Shown: positions 9,019 through 17,900 of the stretch, piece after piece | Layout of the letters: the number at the start of each line of letters is the position of its first letter | Numbering within the stretch: position 1 is the first letter of the stretch | NCBI GenBank assembly: GCA_016700135.1 | Contig: CP065004.1 | Coordinates: 600,001 to 632,000, forward strand | Origin: Candidatus Saccharimonadota bacterium | GTDB lineage: Bacteria; Patescibacteriota; Microgenomatia; UBA1406; GWC2-37-13 | DNA length: 32,000 nt | Reading direction: 5' to 3' | Notes under the pieces: model-generated | Database searches by the model: none | Seen by the model: the letters and a program-made list of their open reading frames with translations, nothing else | Told to the model about the DNA's origin: nothing | Program-made: the position numbers and the translations under genes

Positions 9019-9792
9019 GTTTAAAAATTAACAGAAAAACTTACGCCTGTCAATAGTATAAAATATCTAAGCTCTATAAAGCGCTATGACAAAGATTAAT
9101 TATCAGATTTTATATAAATCTGCTAAAGGTTGATACAAGTATTTTAGACTTTAATAAAAGGCTAGAAAAAATCAAATATTGAAAAGGTTGTCCTAACAGT
9201 ATCTCGAAAATGCCTACAATAGCAGTACAATTACGTTCTGACGTTAGGAATAATAGTGATTATTATCAAAAATTGAGACTATATCTTTATAATTGTTTAT
9301 ATAAGTACTATAGGGTCAAGTCTTATCTACTTCTTGGACAAAGGAAATCAGGAATAAGGTATTTTAACAAAGCCATATATAAATATAAGGGATATAAATT
9401 AACATTGATTATATATTAATATAAGTTATTAGATAACATGGGTCCAAACTAAATATTCAATGATAAAATCAAATATAGAATGAAAGAGCAATCTATATTA
9501 ATGATTTAAACTTATAGTAAATTAATAGTTGTGGGAGATATAGAACTCAGCTTAAATATGTAAATATAAGGCAACAATAATTGATATATGGGGCTTACAA
9601 AAGCCTAAAGACTTTATAATTCAATTGTGATTAATTTAAAATATGTTCGTACGTAATAATATTATATTGAGCCCTATAAATTAGAATAGTTACCGCTGGA
9701 ATTTTAAAATTTACGTTAGTACTTCTTTTAATTCTTATCGTCGTAACCATATATGATAATGTTAAGATTGTAAGGATTCTTTTATAACCTAC

Positions 9793-11409
9793 ATGTTATC
9801 ATTGTTAGTAGATATGGCTAAAAAAACGATTGATAATCTACAACACACAATCCATCGCAGACTTTTTTCAACGAGAGATATTAAAGAACTCATAGATCTG
9901 AAAAATGAATTGAAGGAATGGATTAATTGGCTTAAAGAGAGTGATAAGGTTACTAAATCAGAATATCAGTACCTTAGTAGTTTAGTTGAAGAGAAGGTGG
10001 AGGAAAGAAGTTCTCAATTTGAAAATCCGCTGAATCAAGTAAGTAATTTTAACACGAGTAGGAAAAAAGTATTTTCATTACTTCTGATTCTCTTTGCGTT
10101 ATTACTAGTAATTTTGAGTTTGTATTTAATATATAAGCCTGCAAACGTTGAAGTTGAGCGATCATCTGACGGAACCTTGCCCTTTAGAGGAACGCTGAAA
10201 AACGCGGAAGGAAATCCTATTGATACGAAAACTGATGTCATATTTCGTTTGTACGCTCAGCCTAATACAGGATCTCCATTATATGAAGGCAGATGCATTG
10301 GAACAGAAGGAATAGAACCGGATTATCGCGGTGAATTTACGGTTATATTAGGATCCGATTGTAGTATGGATCCTATTCCTGAAGCAGTCCTTACAAATGA
10401 AGTCATTTTTTTGGGAGTTGCTATTTCAACAGGAGAAGAGATTATGCCCCGCTATCGGATATTAAGCTCTACCTATTCACAAAATTCAGCTCAGGTATCC
10501 GGTAAATCGGTAGGAACAGGTACCAATGACATTCCATATCTTAATGAAAATGGATTAATACTCATTGAAGCCTCTGATCCAGCGCTAAAAGCAACGTCAG
10601 GAGAATTTACTATAGAAGGAGCTTCATTAAGCCTCAAAACAATTAGTGGGGGAGAGGGGAACATAACATTACAGCCCGATGCAGGAGGATATACACTCAT
10701 ACCTTCAGGGAATGTGGGGATAGGAATTTTTGAACCGACTTCAAAACTTGAAATAGCAGGCCTCGAACCATACAACCCAATAGCAAGCATTAAGAATATC
10801 AGTATTGAAGATTCTGAGAACACACAAGTTATGTCATTAGGACTTGCAACTCCAAGTACAAGTGACAATGCAAAATTTATTTCTTTTCGAGCTGATGTTA
10901 CAAAAGAAGAAGCCGGAGTTGAGGTGGGGTCAATAAGACTCAATAACAATGGGGTATCTTATGAAACAAAAGGAGCAGATTTTGCTGAGTATTTTGAAAT
11001 AAGTTCTCTGACAGAATATCCGTTAGGAACTATAATGGCAATTTCTGAGACAGGCATTTCTGCTGCAAAAAAAGAGGAGGTCCTTGTGGGAGCAATTTCA
11101 GGTACGGCCGGCTTTATCGGAAATGCAAAAGAGAATACCAATAACTCGCAGCTTATCGGTTTAGTAGGGCAAATTGATGTTCTAGTCACAAATGAGAATG
11201 GTCCGATCGAACGAGGAGCCAGTATTGGAATAGGCACTGTACCCGGATACGGGATATCTGTCCGAGCTACTCACATCGTAGGATATGCACTTGAAAACCC
11301 GAAAGCAATGCAATCTGAATTATGTCCTCAGGAGTTTCGTAGTGTAAAAGATACCTCTGGTAATCCAATAAAATGCGGCAAGGTTAAAATTCTTTTGCGC
11401 CCGAATTAG
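9793..11409 (+). CDS. membrane-anchored tail-fibre-like protein with Peptidase_G2/IMC-like C-terminal module
   Basis: 538 aa. Cytoplasmic coiled N-terminus and a TM helix at about 10069-10134. The fibre N-terminal motif LPFRGTLKNAEGNPIDTKTDVIFRLY...GEFTVILG and GNVGIGIFEPTSKLEIAG follow. GADFAEYFE (10975-10998) matches the ADYAEYFEW hallmark of the Peptidase_G2 IMC domain. An alternative start is ATG 9814 (MAKKT). Confidence 0.7.
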   Translation: MLSLLVDMAKKTIDNLQHTIHRRLFSTRDIKELIDLKNELKEWINWLKESDKVTKSEYQYLSSLVEEKVEERSSQFENPLNQVSNFNTSRKKVFSLLLILFALLLVILSLYLIYKPANVEVERSSDGTLPFRGTLKNAEGNPIDTKTDVIFRLYAQPNTGSPLYEGRCIGTEGIEPDYRGEFTVILGSDCSMDPIPEAVLTNEVIFLGVAISTGEEIMPRYRILSSTYSQNSAQVSGKSVGTGTNDIPYLNENGLILIEASDPALKATSGEFTIEGASLSLKTISGGEGNITLQPDAGGYTLIPSGNVGIGIFEPTSKLEIAGLEPYNPIASIKNISIEDSENTQVMSLGLATPSTSDNAKFISFRADVTKEEAGVEVGSIRLNNNGVSYETKGADFAEYFEISSLTEYPLGTIMAISETGISAAKKEEVLVGAISGTAGFIGNAKENTNNSQLIGLVGQIDVLVTNENGPIERGASIGIGTVPGYGISVRATHIVGYALENPKAMQSELCPQEFRSVKDTSGNPIKCGKVKILLRPN

Positions 11410-11430
11410 TTCCACTTTAATTATACATAT

Positions 11431-11447
11431 AAGAGGTAAGACCTCTT
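11431..11447 (+). terminator. weak hairpin after the 9793 gene
   Basis: AAGAGGT-aag-ACCTCTT, a 7-bp stem 22 nt after the stop. Only a short T-run follows. Confidence 0.3.
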
Positions 11448-11548
11448 TAGTCTTCAGAAAATTTTGTCAAAAAACGGTCAAATAGGGAGGAGATTGTGAC
11501 CAGAAAAGGATTGTCACAAAACTTTTTGTAAGCTTTTTGAGAAAGGCA

Positions 11549-11577
11549 TTGACATCCTAATAAAAACTCTCTACAAT
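11549..11577 (+). promoter_or_regulatory. near-consensus sigma70 promoter giving a leaderless or near-leaderless mRNA
   Basis: TTGACA (11549-11554), a 17-nt spacer, then TACAAT (11572-11577). The ATG at 11586 is only 8 nt beyond the -10 box. Confidence 0.5.
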
Positions 11578-11585
11578 CAGGTAAT

Positions 11586-13655
11586 ATGAGTACACAGTCC
11601 AAATCTATTAACAAGATCCTTCAATTTGTTATATACGGGATCGTATTCTTGTTCCCGCTCTTTTTTGTGCCTATAACACGGGACTTTTTGATATACAGCA
11701 AATTTTACTTTCTTGTTTTTGCTGTGTTTGGTCTTTTGTTTCTTTCATTCGGCAAATTTCTTGTCGGCAGAAAATTTACTTGGATTCATAATCCGGCAAC
11801 ACAATCGATGATTTTGATACTGCTCTCATATATCCTTTCTATCGTACTCATGTCACCGAATAAGTTACAGGCAATTTATAACCCTCAATATGGGCTGGTT
11901 ATGATCAGTGCGTTCATAATCTTTTATTTTTATGCATCGCATGTATTTTCTAAGGCAAGTATTTCTCCGATTTTACTCCTTGCGATTTCCGGTGCCTTGG
12001 TATCTGTCTTTTCCTTGATTATTATGGTTGACCCGTTCCAGAATGCAACGTTACCGGCATACTGGTCATTCCTGACAAATACAACATTCAATCCTATCGG
12101 ATCATCTATTCACTTTCTGGCATATTTGATATTTGTACTTGCCGGGCTCGGATTTTACATGTGGAGAATGTACAAATCACAAAGACATAATGATGATCAA
12201 AATAAAGTCATGATGATAATTTTAGGAGTGATTGCGCTTTTTACACTACTTGCAGGCATCTTCCATATTTTTGTGATAACACAGCAAATCATGAATGAAG
12301 GTGCTCAAATTGTGATTCCTCCCTTTGGTTTGTCTTGGTATGCTGCTGTTGAAGTCTTGAAGAACCCGATGACAGCATTATTCGGAGTAGGTGTCGACAA
12401 TTTTGCAACACTCTTTACTCAGGTTCGTTCTATAAATTACAACCTGACTGATCTGTGGCAGGTGAATTCATTCAATACCTCACGTTCGGTATTATTGCAC
12501 ATATTGACAGAAAATGGGATCTTAGGGTTAGTCGGGTTTACACTGCTTGTTTCACTTTTTTTCAAGAGAATAAAAGATGTAAAAATCGAGACCGCAGCTC
12601 TGTTTGTGATCTCGCTGATAATCATGCTGATCCTTCCTCCTTCGATCATTTCCTTCTTTATGTTCTTCCTCAGTTTGGCACTGATGGCCGCTGACCTGCA
12701 CAAGAAATCATCACAGGAAGAATATATTATTGACTTGACCGGGCTTATGCCAATATTTATCGGAATGATTGTTCTCTGTCTACTGGTACTCGGTAGTACA
12801 GTTTATTTCCTGGGACGACACTTTATGGCTGAATATTACTTCAAGAAATCTCTTGACGGAGTAGCCTCAAATAGTCTCCAGCAGCTCTATGAGAATCAGG
12901 TCAAAGCACTGCAATACAATAGTGCGAGTGAAGAATTCCATAGACAATTTGCTCAAACTAATCTGTTAGTAGCCAATAATATAGCTGCAAAAGAACAGGA
13001 CTCATTGACTGATCAGGATAGACAAACCATTGCTCAGGCAATACAGGCATCAATCGTTGAGGCAAAAACAGCAGTTTCACTGAATCCTTTGAAAGTGACG
13101 AACTGGCAAACACTTGCAGGTGTTTATCGACAGATTGTGAATGTCGCTGAAAACGCTCCTGTATGGGCAGTGTCTGCTTATCAGCAGGCAATTGTTCTGG
13201 ATCCCCGTAACCCTGTCTTGAGACTCGATCTGGGGGGAATATATTATCTTTTCCAGAACTATGATGAATCCCAGAAGATGTTTGAACAGGCTGTATCATT
13301 GAAACCGGATTGGGCGAACGCTCACTACAACCTTGCATGGACATATTATCAAAAAGGCCTTTACGGACCTGCAGTTGACCAAATGCAGATTGTAGTAGGG
13401 CTGATAGATCCTGCGACACAGCAGGAAGATTATAAAGCTGCTCAAAGCACTCTTGAAGATTTCAAGGCGAAATATCAGGAGGCTCTGGAACAGCAGGCAA
13501 CGCAGCAAGCTGGAGAAGAAGGAGAAGAAACTGTAGCTCCGAGTCCGACACCGTCACCTGCAGAATTAGTTTTACCCTCACCGCCGGCAACAAATCTTGA
13601 AGAAAAGATAGAGTTACCCGAAGAGGCTTCACCGGAAGCAAACGTTGAACCGTAA
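11586..13655 (+). CDS. O-antigen ligase / Wzy_C-like polytopic membrane protein with C-terminal TPR domain
   Basis: 689 aa with at least 10 hydrophobic helices. The Wzy_C hallmark SVLLHILTENGILGLVGF (H...E.GI.G) is present. C-terminal TPR repeats (AYQQAIVLDPRNP..., FEQAVSLKPDWANAHYNLAWTYYQKG) are followed by a Pro/Glu-rich tail. Confidence 0.8.
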   Translation: MSTQSKSINKILQFVIYGIVFLFPLFFVPITRDFLIYSKFYFLVFAVFGLLFLSFGKFLVGRKFTWIHNPATQSMILILLSYILSIVLMSPNKLQAIYNPQYGLVMISAFIIFYFYASHVFSKASISPILLLAISGALVSVFSLIIMVDPFQNATLPAYWSFLTNTTFNPIGSSIHFLAYLIFVLAGLGFYMWRMYKSQRHNDDQNKVMMIILGVIALFTLLAGIFHIFVITQQIMNEGAQIVIPPFGLSWYAAVEVLKNPMTALFGVGVDNFATLFTQVRSINYNLTDLWQVNSFNTSRSVLLHILTENGILGLVGFTLLVSLFFKRIKDVKIETAALFVISLIIMLILPPSIISFFMFFLSLALMAADLHKKSSQEEYIIDLTGLMPIFIGMIVLCLLVLGSTVYFLGRHFMAEYYFKKSLDGVASNSLQQLYENQVKALQYNSASEEFHRQFAQTNLLVANNIAAKEQDSLTDQDRQTIAQAIQASIVEAKTAVSLNPLKVTNWQTLAGVYRQIVNVAENAPVWAVSAYQQAIVLDPRNPVLRLDLGGIYYLFQNYDESQKMFEQAVSLKPDWANAHYNLAWTYYQKGLYGPAVDQMQIVVGLIDPATQQEDYKAAQSTLEDFKAKYQEALEQQATQQAGEEGEETVAPSPTPSPAELVLPSPPATNLEEKIELPEEASPEANVEP

Positions 13656-13668
13656 ACTTGAACCTAAG

Positions 13669-13707
13669 GGTACCCTGCTGTTGCACACAGTAGGGTACCT
13701 TTTTTTT
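13669..13707 (+). terminator. rho-independent terminator
   Basis: GGTACCCTGCTG-ttgcaca-CAGTAGGGTACC forms a 12-bp stem (one G-U pair), followed by TTTTTTTT. It starts 14 nt after the stop codon. Confidence 0.8.
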
Positions 13708-13753
13708 ATCATAATTTGACGGAGAATAGGCTTTCGTGATTTAATGAATGTAG

Positions 13754-14583
13754 ATGTCAATATCAAAATATACTTATTCCATTTTTTTATCCGCAAGTAT
13801 TCTCATCCTTGGTACAAGCATGCATCCTCGGCAAGTATATTCGTATGTACCTTTTACAGCGGCCACCAATATTGTCCTTACACAAAAGCCTCCTGTCGGA
13901 TCCATAGTCTCTTTTGAAGACAATAAATACCGCCTAAGTGATAAGCCATATGACTCTAAAATGGTAGGAGTTGTCGTAGAACAAGCGGACATTATTGTTG
14001 AAGAGGAAAATTCAGCGTTGGCCGACACCTTGATGATCAATAAAGGAGAAACAAAGATATTAGTTAACGGTGAAACCGGACCCATTGAGGTGGGAGACCT
14101 TTTGACTGCATCAAGTACCCCGGGTCAAGCCATGAAGGCGGATAAAGATGGAATCATTGTTGCAGTCGCTACAGAATCATTTAAACCATTGAATCCTCAG
14201 GAGAGCGCGCTGATCAGAGGATTGATAGATATTCGTTTTACTACATTAGGAGACACCTTTTCTGCAGATAGTATCGGTTTGTCAGATCAGGGCATGGTCA
14301 GTACTCTGAAACGGTCAGTCTCCGAAATTTTCGGGCTTGGTTCCGGAGGATTGGCAGGGACTTCACCCATTTTCAGGTATACACTTGCAACGGTCGTTGT
14401 TGCAATAGCATTTATCAGCGGGTTTCTCCTTTTCGGTCGAATAGCGCTTCGGGGTGTAGAAGCATTGGGAGAAATCCTCTTGCCAAAAAAACAATTTTGA
14501 TAGGCATTATTATGAACTCATTTTTCACCGTACTTCTTGTTGCATTGGCGGTGGTGCTTGCGTATATCATCGTTATTGTCTGA
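13754..14583 (+). CDS. secreted/membrane protein with G2-IMC-like beta module; probable 1-nt frame break near 14469
   Basis: The track ORF is 13754..14500. It has a signal peptide, and VGSIVSF...MVGVVVE...KILVNGETGPIEVGDLLTASSTPGQAMKA is paralogous to the C-terminus of the 9793 protein (VLVTNENGPIERGASIGIGTVPGYGI). A TM helix TLATVVVAIAFISGFLLFG follows. The adjacent frame is open from 14470 to 14583 and reads RNPLAKKTILIGIIMNSFFTVLLVALAVVLAYIIVIV*. Confidence 0.6.
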
Positions 14584-14600
14584 CAATCATTGAAGAAGAG

Positions 14601-14627
14601 ATGTGTATTTTTGCACAAATTACACAT
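14601..14627 (+). terminator. AT-rich hairpin after the 13754 gene
   Basis: ATGTGTA...TACACAT stem, extendable with one bulge. T-rich sequence follows. Function is uncertain. Confidence 0.25.
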
Positions 14628-14952
14628 TGTATATGTATAAATATTTGAGAAAATTAAGTATTTTTAAAGGAGTGAGAATAGGTTGATAGACAGTATTGAT
14701 AAATTCTTCTTTATAATTTATAGAGCCCTAAATTAATAGATTTTACTTCATAATTTTGCGTACGTATCATAGGAGTGAAGCAACGTATTAATAAGAGTGC
14801 GAAATATAATTTAGGGCATAAAGAAAGGATTTAATAACTTTCAAAATAGTTGAACAAAGTCTCGAAAATACTGAGATCTAATTAATAATATTAACAATCA
14901 GGCCTAAAAAAGCCTTATTCGCACTGGACATCATAGTTTGTTTTGTGTTTTA

Positions 14953-17900
14953 ATGAAAACATATACCAAACTTTTTATGTCGACTGAACAAAAGGATTAC
15001 AACCTGTCTCCAAAAGAATTTGCACACCTGGTAGGTGTATCTTCATCTACAGTTCGACGATGGGAAGAGGAAAAAGTTTTTACTTCAGTTCGTACTCCGT
15101 CAGGATATCGAAAATTTGCGTTGAGCGATGTTCCTAAAGCGAAAGAATACAAAAATCAAGTCAATGCAATAAAAAAACAAAAAAGTCAGGAGCATATTTA
15201 CAGCATTACATCAAAGCAAGCTATTCAGAAACATAATTACCCGGTAGTGGACTTTATTTTTAAACGTGCTGCTGTATTGTCACTGGCTGTTTTACTTATG
15301 ATAGTTACTGCTGCGGCTGTCGCTACTTATCCTGCTGTGAAATCTATTATGTCGGACAGGTATCAGGCCAAGTCAGAAAAGACGTTAGGTGAAAAAGAGG
15401 GCAACATTTCTGAAACGGATGACATGAATGTACTTGCAGCTGAATCAAGCCGTTTAGCCCGTTCCATCATTAGTAATATCGGGTGGGATTTTCGCTCTAC
15501 AGTAAAAATAGAAGATCTACAGGTGAACGGGCCCTCGGTATTTTTAGATGATATTGATGCACGAGGGCAGAATCTAGATTTGGGGACAGGTAGAATTACG
15601 GCATCAAATGTCCTGTATGGGGTCGAAGCAGGCAAGGGTATCAGTATTGCAGGCACGACACAAAGCCCTTTGATAACCAATATCGATCCAGGCTCGGCAC
15701 AGGAAATTTTTAAGAATATCAAGGTTGGTTCAAATACAATTACTGCATCAAGCAATACTGACACGTTAACATTCGAGCAGGGAAGCGGGATTACTCTGAC
15801 TGTAGACGGTAAAAAAGTAACCATTGCAAGTTCACAATCAGGATATTCATACTGGACGACAGAAGTAGACGGAGTAAGTTACGACAATATAGAAGATGGA
15901 TCGTCGGTTAATTTTGTAAGCGGAGATGACATTACCGTTACGCGGTCGGCTGCAAATGAATTAACATTTAATCTCCAGGATGTTATTGATACCGTAACGG
16001 GAATAGACTTAACCGCAGGCGGTTATCTTACTGGTACCAATGCAACAATAACTTTTGATAACTTCTCGGTAGACGCAAGCGGAAATATCCGTATTGCTGC
16101 CGGGTCCGATTTTTATATCGGCAATGTGCAGTTGGGAAGTATTGGATCTTCTTCAGGAGCATCTTTAATTGGCGTAGACGGCACTAATATTTCACAGTCA
16201 GCTTCAGGAGATCTACAGACAGTTCTTGAAAATATGTCTGCTGCAATGGGATCAGGCTCTTCCAAATGGACCATTGCTTCTGATGTGATTTATCCGAATA
16301 ACTATTCAACAGCAGATTTCTCATTGGGAGGTACAACTCCAGCAAGTTCTCCGTTCGGTATAGATATTGATCAGAATATTCTGTACTTGGGGGACGGAGC
16401 AAATGATGCCAATACGCCATCTCTCTATTTCAAGGCATCGGATGGCTCAAATTGGGGAACTTTATCTTACTCGGATTCTGATAGGTTTGTTTTTTCAGGT
16501 GGTGATGTTGTTGTCGACGGTGTGATTTATGCGGGTTCAGGAACACAGCAAATCACTTTAGCAAACGGTATGCTGAATCCGAATGCGCTGCCGCTTATTA
16601 CATCCGGAACTTCACCGACAACAAGTTCCGTCTCAGGTTTTGAGATCTTAAGTAATCAAATAGGTCTTATCCGAGGCTGTTCAAACGGTGAGGTTTTAAA
16701 ATGGAATTCGACAACTTCACGGTGGACCTGTAGCCCCGATTCCTCCGGTGTATCTGGCGTTGTGGACGTACAACAGGACGGCTCTATCCCTGCAGGTTCT
16801 GCTGACTCTCAGTTTGATACGATCAATTTCGTAAATAATTTTAACCTTTCTGAAAATAGCTCTGGGGTGATTGATGTAGACCTTGCAAGCAATATCGGTA
16901 TAGGTACAGCTCCCTCAGGTTCATATGCTCTCACTGTAAATGGTGCAACAAATACAAGTACTTTGTATCTCTCAGGTACCCAGGTAACTGCTTCTGCAAA
17001 TGAGATAAATCTACTGACTGGCCGTACCGGGACATTGCTTGACACCAATAATGTAGCTACACAGTTATCAGCCTGGGATCAGAATGCTTCAGATGATGTA
17101 ACGGCTTTTACAGGACTGAGCGATACTCCTTCAAGTTATTCGGGCCAGGCAGCGAGAGTCGTACGGGTGAATGCAGGAGGTACGGGACTTGAATTTGTTG
17201 ATCCTGCAACCCTTGGGACGAATTACTGGGGGAGGAATTCAGGGAGCGGGTATGTATATCCTTCGGTCGTGACAGATAGAGTCGGAATCGGGACTTCGAC
17301 ACCCACCCAGATGTTAGATGTTCAGGGAAACATAGCAGTATCAGGTACCGTAGACGGACGTGATGTTTCAGCTGACGGATCAAATCTTGACACTCTCTAC
17401 ACGACGATCGGACTTTCGGCTTTGACGAGTGGAGAGGTCGATCAACTCGAGAACATCGGAGCTACAACAATCAGCAGTACCCAGTGGGGATATCTTGGGT
17501 CTCTTAATCAGAGTGTAAGTACTACAGATGCCGTTACTTTCACAACGATCAATACGGGACAGGGAGCCTATGAGTTGTATGCGATGGACCAGAATGTGAG
17601 GACATCTGACACTGTGCAGTTTGCAGGACTTCAGATTGGGGGAGCAACGCCGAATATCACCAGTATCGTTTCAGGAACGGGAACAGATTGGTCAGGGGCC
17701 GTTGATACCGCACTTGCTACGCAGCTTTCTATCAAATCATACGTCGATGCACAAATCGGAGGGGCAGCATATACTTTTGAAAACGGAATTTCTGAATCAG
17801 GAAATACTGTCACTCTTGGCGGTGCTTTAAATCAAAGTACACGATTATACGATGGGTCATACGAATATCTGTATATGAATACAAGCACAGGGAATGTCGG

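Noticed and set aside
9210-9419. 69-aa ORF in the AT-rich spacer
   Set aside because: Its composition is driven by AT-rich codons (it is rich in Tyr, Lys, Asn and Leu). It has no motif and no promoter or start context, so it is probably spurious.
9019-9792. Replication origin in the 774-nt AT-rich spacer
   Set aside because: I found no TTATCCACA-type DnaA boxes, and no dnaA or dnaN neighbour is present.
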